Shown: positions 8,363 through 18,398, numbered from the stretch's first letter. The stretch is 64,000 bases of DNA from an uncultured virus (IMG/VR IMGVR_UViG_3300021093_000053) (IMGVR_UViG_3300021093_000053); one strand, 5' to 3'. Notes: generated by a model not told the origin, from the sequence alone. Numbers and translations are program-made.

Positions 8363-10576
8363 ATGAGAAATATTTTAGCACTTTTAACCTACCTAATTAG
8401 TTTTGTCGGTTTCGGACAATACTGTCCATATTTAGGTCCTGACCAATTATTACCTTGCGGGTCCAACTCAACAACACTTACCGCGGACTTAACCCAATGT
8501 GGAGTTGGGGGTATTAATCCAAATCAAACAACAAATTATAATGTAACAAATATACCTTACGTTGCTCAAGTAAATAACGGTACTAATTTAACAATGACCG
8601 ATGATTCCCAACAGGGTCCGTTTAATATAGGTTTTAATTTTTGTTTTTTTGGTACGACGTATACTCAATTTTGGATAGGGTCTAACGGATGGATATCTTT
8701 TTCGCCAAACCAACCAACAACATTTACTTCTCAATCAATACCAACAACTAATGGCTTAGTACCAAAAAATTGTATAATGGGTCCTTGGCAAGATTGGCAC
8801 CCTGGAATTGGTGGTCAAATAAAATACCAAGTTCAAGGAGTTGCACCTTGTCGTAAATTAATTGTTAGTTGGGTTAATATGCCAATGTATTCATGTACTT
8901 CTAATCTTGGTACGTTTCACATTATAATTTATGAAACAACTAATATCATAGAAAATCACATTCAAAGTAAACCTGCATGTCTACAATGGCAAAATGGAAC
9001 TTCTGTTGAGGGTATCCATAATTTAGCAGGTACAATTGGGATAACAGTACCAGGAAGAAACTCAACCGCTTGGGTTGCACAAAATGATTCTTGGAGATGG
9101 ACACCTTCAGGACCTGTAGTGACTCCGACATTAACTTGGTATCAGGTTGGTAATCCTATACCAATAGGGACGGGTCCATCAATAACGGTTAACCCACCTG
9201 CCGCGGGAGCGAGTTACACCTGTCATTTTGTATATCCGACATGTAATGCAGGATGGGTAACATGTAATGGTTCACTTGGTTTAGGTCCTGATACTGTATT
9301 AGTTGTTCCTGGTCCACCTAATTTACCTTTACCAACCATAATATCTAATGAACCAACTTGTAACGGGTATTGTGATGGTAGTCTTATAATAACTCCGAAT
9401 GGAGGTAATGGAGCTCAAACAATTTCATGGAATGGACCCCAATCTGGATTCAATCCAAACAACCTATGTTCAGGGAATTATGTTTTTACTTTAACAGATG
9501 CTTTAGGGTGTACAATAACAAGTAACGTTACATTAATGGACCCTCCACCACTAATTATAAACCCTATTGTTGGTGAGGATACTATATGTATTAATTCTAT
9601 TAGTGATTTTTATAACACAACAAATTTAATTACGGGTTTAAATTATGTTTGGTCAACAACCAACGGAATTATTAATAACGGACAAGGAACAAATCAGATT
9701 ACTGTTGACGTTAATGGTACCCAATCAGGTTTTTACAATAACATGATAACTGTATACGGTATTGACGGAAACGGATGTCAGTCTCAAACAGAACTAATCG
9801 ATATAACTATTTTTAATCTTACACCTTTTATAAATCCTGTCGGTCCATTCTGTTCTTATGACGAATTTGTTACTTTAGAATCATCACCTATTGGTGGTTA
9901 TTATACAGGAAATGGTGTTATAAATAATGATTTTTTTCCCATAAATGCGGTTGGTAATAATCTTATAACGTATACTTACACACAAAGTGGATGTTTGTTT
10001 ACAACAACCGAGACAATTATTGTTTACCCACAACCGATAATTGAAACCTTAACACCGTCAAACCCATTTTTTGAAGTTTGTATGGGAGATTCGGTTAACA
10101 TCAATTTTGAATTGACATCAAATCCTCAAGGAATTAATCAATGGTCATTTATTGATAGTATTTATAATACCCAAGCATACAATCAAACTTTTAGTAGTGA
10201 AGGAACTTATATAATTTCAGTTACCACAACAACAAACGGATGTATTTCTAACCCAGAACAAACTACAGTTATTATTGACGAATGCCCTGAAGAGTTGATA
10301 TATATACCAAACTCATTCACACCTGATGGAGATGAACATAACAATATATGGAAACCTGTATTTACATCAGGACTTGACCCATATGATTTTAGAATGGAAA
10401 TCTATAATAGATGGGGAGAATTAATATGGGTTAGTGAAAACCCTTTAGTTGGGTGGGACGGTACTTTTAATGGTAACTACTGTCAAGACGGTGTCTACTT
10501 ATGGAAGTTAGAATTTGGTATACCCGAAAATGACGGAAGAAAAAAAATGTTTGGACATTTAACAACTTTTAGATAA
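8363..10576 (+). CDS. Secreted T9SS cargo protein with gliding-motility-associated (type B) C-terminal domain
   Basis: Signal peptide ending FG|Q; Ig/PKD/SprB-like repeats; C-terminal YIPNSFTPDGD..N..W...YNRWGE...GWDGT...GVY...GHLTTFR. Confidence 0.9.
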   Translation: MRNILALLTYLISFVGFGQYCPYLGPDQLLPCGSNSTTLTADLTQCGVGGINPNQTTNYNVTNIPYVAQVNNGTNLTMTDDSQQGPFNIGFNFCFFGTTYTQFWIGSNGWISFSPNQPTTFTSQSIPTTNGLVPKNCIMGPWQDWHPGIGGQIKYQVQGVAPCRKLIVSWVNMPMYSCTSNLGTFHIIIYETTNIIENHIQSKPACLQWQNGTSVEGIHNLAGTIGITVPGRNSTAWVAQNDSWRWTPSGPVVTPTLTWYQVGNPIPIGTGPSITVNPPAAGASYTCHFVYPTCNAGWVTCNGSLGLGPDTVLVVPGPPNLPLPTIISNEPTCNGYCDGSLIITPNGGNGAQTISWNGPQSGFNPNNLCSGNYVFTLTDALGCTITSNVTLMDPPPLIINPIVGEDTICINSISDFYNTTNLITGLNYVWSTTNGIINNGQGTNQITVDVNGTQSGFYNNMITVYGIDGNGCQSQTELIDITIFNLTPFINPVGPFCSYDEFVTLESSPIGGYYTGNGVINNDFFPINAVGNNLITYTYTQSGCLFTTTETIIVYPQPIIETLTPSNPFFEVCMGDSVNINFELTSNPQGINQWSFIDSIYNTQAYNQTFSSEGTYIISVTTTTNGCISNPEQTTVIIDECPEELIYIPNSFTPDGDEHNNIWKPVFTSGLDPYDFRMEIYNRWGELIWVSENPLVGWDGTFNGNYCQDGVYLWKLEFGIPENDGRKKMFGHLTTFR

Positions 10577-10582
10577 AACAAT

Positions 10583-10612
10583 AAACCCCATCCTGAAAAG
10601 GTGGGGTTTTTT
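10583..10612. terminator. Bidirectional terminator between the T9SS cargo gene and tmRNA
   Basis: AAACCCCA...TGGGGTTT inverted repeat with A/T flanks between convergent genes. Confidence 0.7.
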
Positions 10613-10615
10613 AAT

Positions 10616-11013
10616 TGGTGGAGGTATGCGGAGTCGAACCGCGTCCTGCTCACATTACCTACTAAGGACTACACGCTTAGGTCAACATTTGAGCTAATGT
10701 TCCGAAATTTCACAATTCCCTTATTTTTAAAGTGGTTCGGTTTACTGAGAACTAATCCTCCACTTGTTCCTTTTCGGGTAGAAACCACACCTTTGTAAAG
10801 ACTTCTGTTCCTGGGTTATATGTCCACCGACCCGAAGGTTTCGCTTAATCTGATTAAGCTACCGCCACTTCCTCAGTACGAACAAGTCCTACTGCAGAAA
10901 GTTTGTTGATAACGTTGCCGTTTATCGATTTTGAACCATTTTAACAAGGTTAGATTCATCCTTGACGTGCCCCGAGTAACTAACTATGACAGTCAATTTC
11001 CAAGGTTACCCCC
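10616..11013 (-). ncRNA. ssrA: tmRNA
   Basis: 5' GGGGGTA pairs with 3' TACCTCC-A-CCA with a G3:U wobble; T arm GCGG-TTCGACT-CCGC; tag ORF 10919-10854 GNVINKLSAVGLVRTEEVAVA* after ATAAAC; upstream TTTG...TATATTTG promoter on the minus strand. Confidence 0.95.
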
Positions 11014-11093
11014 ATATGTTAAAGAACTTTTGTTTTACAAATATACAAAAAAAATCCTTATTATCAAATTTTTCAATATTTATTTGTATAAAT

Positions 11094-12479
11094 ATGTCAG
11101 AACAGGAAGAACTAAAAAATGATGCCTATAAAGGTAGTAAAATCTTATATGAAGATGATAATATTATCTTCCTGAAATGTCTTTCCTATGAATCCGCAAA
11201 ATATTTTGGACCTCCATTCTTATGGAAAAAATGGAACACTCATAAATACGGTGACACTTTTATAGTTGTTGATAAAAAAGGTAACGATTGGTCCCCGACA
11301 AAATCTTATGTTATTAGTGTTAGTGATTATGGTACACATTATTTAGATGATGAAGACCAAGAAATTAAAACATCAACTTTTTTTCATTGGTTCCCACAAA
11401 TAGAAAACCTTGTTTATAAAACAATTCCAGCACAAAATATTTACCAAATTTTAAAAAAAATAAAAAATGGTGAAGAATACTCAAGTCACACATTAAATAG
11501 GTATGATGATTTAATTAGTGGTTTTCGTTTTAATAAAAATTCACCTGGTAAAAGTATGGTACAATTAACATTTGACTATAATGAAGATTATTTTAAATTA
11601 TTTGACTTGGGTGAAGGTGATATTTGGTTTTTAAGAAATTTGTTTTCTTATTATGATAGTGATATGGGATTTTACCAATCTGATTATGCCTACGAAGATT
11701 GGGGGAATGGTTATTTATTGTATGAATTTAACGAAGAAAATAGACGTAAAGTTTTGGAGATAATGTCATTTTTTAACCCAAATTTAAATAAAATGGAGGA
11801 CTCAACAAACCCTCAAATTGCCAAATTACTAATTGGTACATTCCAAAGACAAACTGAAAATATTGTTGATGATTACCAATCAGAAAAAGAATCGTGTATG
11901 TCAAGAACCGCTCAAAAAGAAATAACTGATGACTTAAAAGATAAGTTTACTAATTATGGTATTTTTGAAAAAAATATGTTTAATAAATATGTGACAACGG
12001 TCAATGTTTTATTATCTCTTTATAAGAAATATGGAGACCACGATTTAACAATACAGGAATTAATGAGTAAATTAGCTCATGAGTTTAGTGTTGGTCCTTA
12101 TGAAGAATATATGTACGAGTATGGTTGTGATGATTTTGATAGTGAATCATTTAATAATTACGTATCAGGTCAACTAGATAAAATATTAGAAGAAATTGAG
12201 GAGAGCGACAGATTTAGTAATTTAGAAGAATTTAAAAAGGTTAGTAGCGAAGTCCGTAAAAATTACGACTTTGATAAATGGTACTCAACCCCAAAAGATA
12301 AATCCTTAAAATTCAATATTAGGTTTATAGACCCATTCACAAATAAAATTACAATAGTCACTCAAAGACAATTCGAATCCACTCAAAACAGGAATCTAAC
12401 TCTTGATGAGTTTAATTCTTTTTTATATAATTTGGAATTATTTGAAAGAAAATTTTTGAAATCCCGAAAAAAGTTGTAA
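11094..12479 (+). CDS. Hypothetical protein (acidic, Tyr/Phe-rich)
   Basis: Long ORF; ATG11094 chosen because the 10986 start overlaps the tmRNA. Confidence 0.8.
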   Translation: MSEQEELKNDAYKGSKILYEDDNIIFLKCLSYESAKYFGPPFLWKKWNTHKYGDTFIVVDKKGNDWSPTKSYVISVSDYGTHYLDDEDQEIKTSTFFHWFPQIENLVYKTIPAQNIYQILKKIKNGEEYSSHTLNRYDDLISGFRFNKNSPGKSMVQLTFDYNEDYFKLFDLGEGDIWFLRNLFSYYDSDMGFYQSDYAYEDWGNGYLLYEFNEENRRKVLEIMSFFNPNLNKMEDSTNPQIAKLLIGTFQRQTENIVDDYQSEKESCMSRTAQKEITDDLKDKFTNYGIFEKNMFNKYVTTVNVLLSLYKKYGDHDLTIQELMSKLAHEFSVGPYEEYMYEYGCDDFDSESFNNYVSGQLDKILEEIEESDRFSNLEEFKKVSSEVRKNYDFDKWYSTPKDKSLKFNIRFIDPFTNKITIVTQRQFESTQNRNLTLDEFNSFLYNLELFERKFLKSRKKL

Positions 12480-12488
12480 CTTTGTAAT

Positions 12489-13316
12489 ATGCAAAGAGAT
12501 TACGAATTATTAAAGAGTGTTTTGTCCGTTCCATCTAAAACGTATCAAGAAGAACGTATGATTAAATTCCTAACCGAATGGTTAACGGAAAACAACTTCC
12601 CATTTTTTGTTGATAAAATGAACAACATCTATGTTACAAAACAAACAGATGAAAATATTGAGTATTTTCCTTGTGTAGTTGCACATACGGATACCGTTCA
12701 TAATATTGACACGATTAATATACGTGAAGGTAATTTACCAAACGCTCAGAATGTTTTAAAACCCGCATTAAAGGCTTATAACAATGAAGGATTACCAACA
12801 GGTATTGGTGGTGATGACAAATGTGGTATATACGCTTGTTTAGAATTGTTAAAAGAAATACCGAATCTAAAAGCGGCTTTCTTTGTGTCTGAAGAAACAG
12901 GTTGCCATGGCTCAAGAAATGCCGATAAAGAATTCTTTGGTAATGTTGGTTACGTTATTGAATTTGATGCTCCTGGTAATTGGATGGTTAGCGAATATTG
13001 TATGGGAGTCCAATTATTTGAACGTGGTACCGAATTTTTTAAATCTTGTAATGAGGCTTTAACTGAGGGGTTCGAAAATCGACAAAAATACCAAGCACAC
13101 CCGTATACTGATGTTTACGCTTTAAAACAGTTATTTGATTTTGCTTGTATCAATTTCTCTATTGGTTATTACAATTATCACACCCCTAATGAATATGTTG
13201 TTATTGAGGATGTTTACAGTGGTATCGAAACGGGTAAAAAAATGATTGAGAGGTTAGGTAACACTAAACACACTTTCATTCCGAAACGAAAACAACAACA
13301 AACATTGTTTGGATAA
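12489..13316 (+). CDS. M20/M28-family metallopeptidase
   Basis: AHTDTV, GGDDKCG, EETG, EFD and YHT Zn-ligand motifs; TAACTTTG (12477-12484) just upstream. Confidence 0.85.
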   Translation: MQRDYELLKSVLSVPSKTYQEERMIKFLTEWLTENNFPFFVDKMNNIYVTKQTDENIEYFPCVVAHTDTVHNIDTINIREGNLPNAQNVLKPALKAYNNEGLPTGIGGDDKCGIYACLELLKEIPNLKAAFFVSEETGCHGSRNADKEFFGNVGYVIEFDAPGNWMVSEYCMGVQLFERGTEFFKSCNEALTEGFENRQKYQAHPYTDVYALKQLFDFACINFSIGYYNYHTPNEYVVIEDVYSGIETGKKMIERLGNTKHTFIPKRKQQQTLFG

Positions 13317-13328
13317 AAAAAAGGGGGA

Positions 13329-15371
13329 TTATTCATCCCCTTTTTTCTTTCTACCCTTTTTAACAGGTACTGTCTTTATTTTGATTTCTTTTTCTTCTAC
13401 GTATAGAATATATTTTGTTTGTTCATTTATATTACCTTTTAATACTTCTTCGGAAATAAAGTCCTCAATCTTATCTTGTATTGCTCTTTTAATAGGTCTT
13501 GCCCCGTAAGTTTCATCAAACCCAACTTCAGAGATTAAATCTAAAATAGTATCATCATAAGTAATCTGATATTTCAGATTAACCAACCTTTCAAATAATT
13601 TATCAAGTTCCAATTTAACTATCGATTTAACTTCATCCTTTTTAAGAGAATTAAAGATAACTATTTCATCAATCCTGTTTAAGAATTCAGGTGCAAAAAA
13701 CTTCTGTAATTCCTTCTTCAACAAGTCTCGTTTATATTCCTCCTCAATATATGTATTGTTATTACTTTTAAATCCGACACCAGAACCAAAATCCTGTAAT
13801 TTTTTAACTCCCAAATTAGATGTCATAATGATGACACAATTTTTAAAATTAATCTTTCTACCAAGACCATCAGTAATATGACCATCATCTAAAACTTGTA
13901 ATAGTGATGAAAAAATATCTTTATTCGCCTTTTCAATCTCATCAAATAAAATAACAGAGTACGGTTTATTTTTAACTTGTTCAGTTAGTTGTCCACCTTC
14001 ATCATAACCTACATATCCTGGAGGTGCCCCGATTAATCTTGAAATCGTATGTTTCTCTTGAAACTCCGACATGTCAACTCGAATTAAATTTTCTTCACTA
14101 CCAAATATTTCTTTTGCTAATTGTTTTGCCAAATATGTTTTACCAACACCTGTGGACCCTAAGAAAATAAAAGAACCTATCGGTTTATTAGGGTCTTTAA
14201 TACCTAATCTATTTCTTCTGATTGATTTTGCAATTTTAGAAACCGCTTCAGATTGACCAATAACTTTATTACCTAAACTCTCTTCTAATTTAGTCAATGA
14301 TTGAGTCTCATCAGAATTTAATTTTGAAATCGGAATTTTAGTCATGTTTGAAACTACTTCATAAACTAATTCGAGACTAACTTCTCGTTTTTGGTTTTGT
14401 AATTCAGATTCAAATTTTTTCTTTTCGGAGTCTAATTTATCTAAAATTCGTCTTTCTTTATCTCTTAAATTTGCAGCCTCTTCGTAGTTTTGTTTTTTTA
14501 CAACTTCAATTTTTTCTAATTTAATATCCTGAGCTTGTAATTTTAATTTTTCAATAATTTCAGGCATTTTTATATCAACTTGACTTCTTGCGCCAACCTC
14601 ATCTATAATATCAAACGCTTTATCTGGAAATTCCCTATCTGTGATATACCGTTCAGCCAAATCAACACATAAGTTAAGTATTTCATCAGTATATGAGACT
14701 TTATGGTATGTCTCGTACTTGTCTTTTGCATGTTTTAAAATCTCTAAAGTTTCTTGTTTTGTTGCAGAATCAACAATTACTTTTTGAAATCTCCTTTCTA
14801 ATGCTCCGTCCTTCTCGAAATTTTTTCGATATTCATCAAGTGTTGTGGCACCAATACATTGTATTTCACCTCTCGCTAATGCGGGTTTAAATATATTTGA
14901 CGCATCCAAGGAACCTGAAGAATTACCAGCACCAACTATTGTATGAATTTCATCTATGAATACAATAATATTTGAATTGTTTTGAAGTTCATCAATTATT
15001 ACTTTCATTCTTTCCTCAAACTGACCTCGGTATTTTGTACCTGCAACAATTGAGGTCATATCTAATGATACAATTCTTTTATCAGTTAAGTTTCTTGGAC
15101 ATTCCCCATTGAATATCTTAATAGCTAATCCTTCGGCAATTGCAGTTTTACCACAACCTGGTTCGCCAATAATGATTGGGTTATTCTTTTTTCTTCTTGA
15201 AAGAATTTGTGCAATTCTTGTTATCTCACGTTCTCTACCAATTACAGGGTCTAATTTACCTTCTTCCGCTAACTTTATTAAATCTCTACTAAAATTGTCC
15301 AAAACAGGTGTCGGGGAATTCTCGTTACCTTTACCTTTGTTTTGGTTACTACCATCCTTAGATTCTATCAT
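13329..15371 (-). CDS. clpC: ClpC-type AAA+ protease ATPase subunit lacking the N-terminal Clp repeat domain
   Basis: LDPVIGR, Walker A GEPGCGKT and GSTGVGKT, FIDEIH, UVR-type coiled coil (YEEAANLRD), GAPPGYVGY, GVGF ClpP-docking loop, GARP. Confidence 0.92.
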   Translation of the reverse strand: MIESKDGSNQNKGKGNENSPTPVLDNFSRDLIKLAEEGKLDPVIGREREITRIAQILSRRKKNNPIIIGEPGCGKTAIAEGLAIKIFNGECPRNLTDKRIVSLDMTSIVAGTKYRGQFEERMKVIIDELQNNSNIIVFIDEIHTIVGAGNSSGSLDASNIFKPALARGEIQCIGATTLDEYRKNFEKDGALERRFQKVIVDSATKQETLEILKHAKDKYETYHKVSYTDEILNLCVDLAERYITDREFPDKAFDIIDEVGARSQVDIKMPEIIEKLKLQAQDIKLEKIEVVKKQNYEEAANLRDKERRILDKLDSEKKKFESELQNQKREVSLELVYEVVSNMTKIPISKLNSDETQSLTKLEESLGNKVIGQSEAVSKIAKSIRRNRLGIKDPNKPIGSFIFLGSTGVGKTYLAKQLAKEIFGSEENLIRVDMSEFQEKHTISRLIGAPPGYVGYDEGGQLTEQVKNKPYSVILFDEIEKANKDIFSSLLQVLDDGHITDGLGRKINFKNCVIIMTSNLGVKKLQDFGSGVGFKSNNNTYIEEEYKRDLLKKELQKFFAPEFLNRIDEIVIFNSLKKDEVKSIVKLELDKLFERLVNLKYQITYDDTILDLISEVGFDETYGARPIKRAIQDKIEDFISEEVLKGNINEQTKYILYVEEKEIKIKTVPVKKGRKKKGDE

Positions 15372-15435
15372 ACTAATACGTTTTCAAAAAATATAATATT
15401 TAATTTACTATTTTCAACTCAATTAAAATATATTT

Positions 15436-15780
15436 ATGAATATGAGTATAAGGAAACATTATAGTAAATACGTTGAAACTTTAAAAGCCGATAATGACTT
15501 ATTGGAGACTTATAGAGATTTAAGAAGAGCGTTTCAAAGAGAAGGGTGGACAGAGAAAGATTTACAAAATCCTCCTTATTATCCAAACGATATCATGAGA
15601 AATTTTCAAAATTTTAGTATCCTAAGAGATAAATTATTTTCTGAGTTAAGAAGTTTCTTTGATATTGACCATAATGAATTTGTAGATTATCTTCAAGATA
15701 AACTTAAAATAATAAATTTAGAAATACCATTAGAAGATGGCAATATTGAAAGAGGAAATCAAGGGGACGAAGATTATTAA
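15436..15780 (+). CDS. Hypothetical protein
   Basis: 114-aa ORF; the true start may be ATG15442. Confidence 0.7.
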   Translation: MNMSIRKHYSKYVETLKADNDLLETYRDLRRAFQREGWTEKDLQNPPYYPNDIMRNFQNFSILRDKLFSELRSFFDIDHNEFVDYLQDKLKIINLEIPLEDGNIERGNQGDEDY

Positions 15781-15979
15781 TGAAGTCCAATCATCAAATT
15801 TAGTTAAGACTGAATATGATACCGAAACAAAAAAATTGGTTGTTGAATTTAAAAACGGCTCTAAATACGAGTATGATGAAGTACCTCATCAAATTTATAC
15901 TCAATTTAGATTATCCGAGTCACAAGGTAAATTTTTTACAAGCAAAATTTCAAAAACCTTTAAATACAAAAAATTATGA
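15737..15979 (+). CDS. KTSC domain protein
   Basis: VQSSNL...YD......L.VEFKNG..YEY..VP...Y..F..SESQGKFF...I signature. Confidence 0.9.
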   Translation: MAILKEEIKGTKIINEVQSSNLVKTEYDTETKKLVVEFKNGSKYEYDEVPHQIYTQFRLSESQGKFFTSKISKTFKYKKL

Positions 15980-15991
15980 TATTTATGGGTA

Positions 15992-18331
15992 ATGAGCAAT
16001 TTACAATCTATCTTAAAAAGTTTTAATTTAAAAGACAATCTTAACCCAAAGATATGGGTTAATCCAAAATCTTCAAATACAAAAATGGTCCCTAAAGTTA
16101 GAGAGACCCTGTTAGAGATTGCTAATGATTTTATAGAATTTTTAGATGTTGATATTATAGTGTCTGATGTTGTAATGACAGGTTCATTGGCCAATTATAA
16201 TTGGTCTAACTATTCTGATGTCGACATCCACATAATTGTTGATTTTAGTCAATTTCCTGAAAATGTAAAAACTTTATACGAAGAGTTGTTCTACTTAAAA
16301 AAAGCAATTTACGGTAATAAACAAAATATTAAAATTTTTGGGTATGACGTTGAGCTTTATGTTGAGGATGAGAATATTGAAAAGGATGTAAAGAACATTG
16401 CAATCTACTCAATATTATATGATGAATGGAAAAGTTCACCTAAAAAAGATTTAGTTAATATTAATAAAACCAATGTAACTGAAAAAGCTAAACAATGGAT
16501 GAGAATAATCGATGGTGTTGCGGAAAACATACAAGACGAGGATATTGACACCGCAAAATCATTAATCAAAAAATACGTTAATAAAATCAGAAAATATAGA
16601 GAATGTGGTTTAGAGTCTGGTGGGGAATATTCTGATGAAAATCTTGTATTTAAAATATTGAGAAGAAATGGTTACCTTGAGAAAATTAAAAGTATGAAAA
16701 ATAAATTGGTCGATAAAAGATTATCCTTAAAAGAAGCGACGACAACCATCGGTGGTAAATTTAAAGTAGACATTGAAAATGGTCCATCTAACCATGGTAA
16801 ACGAGCCTTTGGTAATTGGCAATCGGATAATGCTTGGGATATATTCGCCCCTGCAGGTACTGTGGTTAATTCATATACTGAAGGTACCGTAATAAAAATA
16901 AGGGACACAGGTAAAAATTCAGGTAAAGTATTTGGTACACAAGTCTCAATAACAGGGACTAATGGATATCCTGATATTTTTTATACTCACCTGAAGAATG
17001 TAAAATTACAAAAGGGCGATAAAGTTAAAGTGGGTGATGTTATTGGGCTTATATCTGAATGGGTCGGTCATGATAATATGACTCACGTTCATATTGGATT
17101 ACCAAGAGGAAAACATTTAAGAGATTTATTAAAGAATTCAGATAAAATATTTGTTGGTTCTGCAGGTGGAAGTGGAAAAACTGTTCCACCACCATCAGAC
17201 GATTCTTTACCATTAAAAAGAGATAGTGAGATAGATAAAAAAATAGTAGATTCTGCAAATGAATTGATTAAAGATAATTCTGAGTTTGCTAATACTAAAA
17301 AAGAAAATGTTATCACAACTTTAGAAAATGCCGAAGAAGGAAAAAATAAAATTTTAAGTGAGTTTTATAAATTAGTACAATCTAAAAAAGAACTCAAAAA
17401 TCTTAAAGGTGTTGAATCAACAATCCCTGTTGACAGAGGAGTTGAATTACTTCAAATAGCACTACAGTTTTTAGGGTTCCTATTACCTAAATGGGGTGTT
17501 GATGGTAAATTTGGAAATGAAACTGAAATAGCGGTTAAAGACTTCCAAAAGAAATACAAATTGGATGGGGATGGAACTATGTCAAGTGAAGACTTAACAA
17601 AATTATTTTCCATTTTAGTTTTAAAAGATTTTAACGATTCTAATATGTCATCAATTGAAAAAGATGAAGACCCAAATTTAACAAATGATTCTAAAGTGAT
17701 GGGGAATGTTAAAATAGTTGGTAGTTATAATAGTTCACAAAAAAATATTATTTCATCATTAATTGATGAAATGAAAAGAGTGGGTATTACTGATTCTTAC
17801 GCTCAAATAGGTATTTTATCGGTTATTGACAAAGAGAGTAATTTTAAAAGTTTTAAAGAAGTTGGTTATTGTGGGACTTCAGATAGTAGAATTGTTAGTA
17901 TCTTTGGTAACAAAAGAGGTAACATGTGTAAATCTCTTAAATGTAATGACGCGAAATTTTTTGATTGTCTTTACGGATATAAATCAGGTTTAAGTTTAGG
18001 AAACGACCAACCTGGTGATGGATGGAAATATGTTGGTAGAGGTCTTAATGGTCTTACAGGTAAAGCAAATTATCGTAAATACGGTGGAATGGTTGGAGTG
18101 GATTTAGTATCTAATCCTGAGTTAATGGAAGACCCTAAAATTGCTGCTAAAGTTGCAATTACATATTTTACTAAAGGTAAATCAGCAAGTTCTCTCCCTA
18201 AATTTAAATCAAAAGAAGATTCAGTTAACTACTTTGCGGATTTAAATGCTGGTAGGAGGAACTCTTCATTTGGTAGAGGTGCTGCAATTGTGTCATCTAA
18301 AAAATTTGACGTAGATAATAATATCACCTAA
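15992..18331 (+). CDS. Fusion protein: Pol-beta-like nucleotidyltransferase + M23 peptidase-like + peptidoglycan-binding domain + GH19-like lysozyme
   Basis: TGSLANYNWSNYSDVDIH (GS..DxD); AWDIFAPAGT..YTHL..HVHIG; LQIALQFLG..VDGKFG.ET..AVKDFQ; DGWKYVGRG...LTGKANY...PEL. Confidence 0.85.
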   Translation: MSNLQSILKSFNLKDNLNPKIWVNPKSSNTKMVPKVRETLLEIANDFIEFLDVDIIVSDVVMTGSLANYNWSNYSDVDIHIIVDFSQFPENVKTLYEELFYLKKAIYGNKQNIKIFGYDVELYVEDENIEKDVKNIAIYSILYDEWKSSPKKDLVNINKTNVTEKAKQWMRIIDGVAENIQDEDIDTAKSLIKKYVNKIRKYRECGLESGGEYSDENLVFKILRRNGYLEKIKSMKNKLVDKRLSLKEATTTIGGKFKVDIENGPSNHGKRAFGNWQSDNAWDIFAPAGTVVNSYTEGTVIKIRDTGKNSGKVFGTQVSITGTNGYPDIFYTHLKNVKLQKGDKVKVGDVIGLISEWVGHDNMTHVHIGLPRGKHLRDLLKNSDKIFVGSAGGSGKTVPPPSDDSLPLKRDSEIDKKIVDSANELIKDNSEFANTKKENVITTLENAEEGKNKILSEFYKLVQSKKELKNLKGVESTIPVDRGVELLQIALQFLGFLLPKWGVDGKFGNETEIAVKDFQKKYKLDGDGTMSSEDLTKLFSILVLKDFNDSNMSSIEKDEDPNLTNDSKVMGNVKIVGSYNSSQKNIISSLIDEMKRVGITDSYAQIGILSVIDKESNFKSFKEVGYCGTSDSRIVSIFGNKRGNMCKSLKCNDAKFFDCLYGYKSGLSLGNDQPGDGWKYVGRGLNGLTGKANYRKYGGMVGVDLVSNPELMEDPKIAAKVAITYFTKGKSASSLPKFKSKEDSVNYFADLNAGRRNSSFGRGAAIVSSKKFDVDNNIT

Positions 18332-18398
18332 ATAAATCGATAATTAAGTTAAACGATATATTTATAAATAAAATAATTTAAACAAAAACAAAAATAAA

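Noticed and set aside
10601..11122. ORFs 10601..10798 and 10931..11122, and the 10986 start extension
   Set aside because: They overlap the tmRNA and its promoter on the opposite strand
8363..15371. Host chromosomal DNA or chimeric contig (T9SS cargo, tmRNA, peptidase, ClpC)
   Set aside because: Same AT-rich style, tight packing and upstream motifs as the flanking phage genes; ClpC and the tmRNA tag differ from typical cellular forms; read mapping would be needed to exclude this fully
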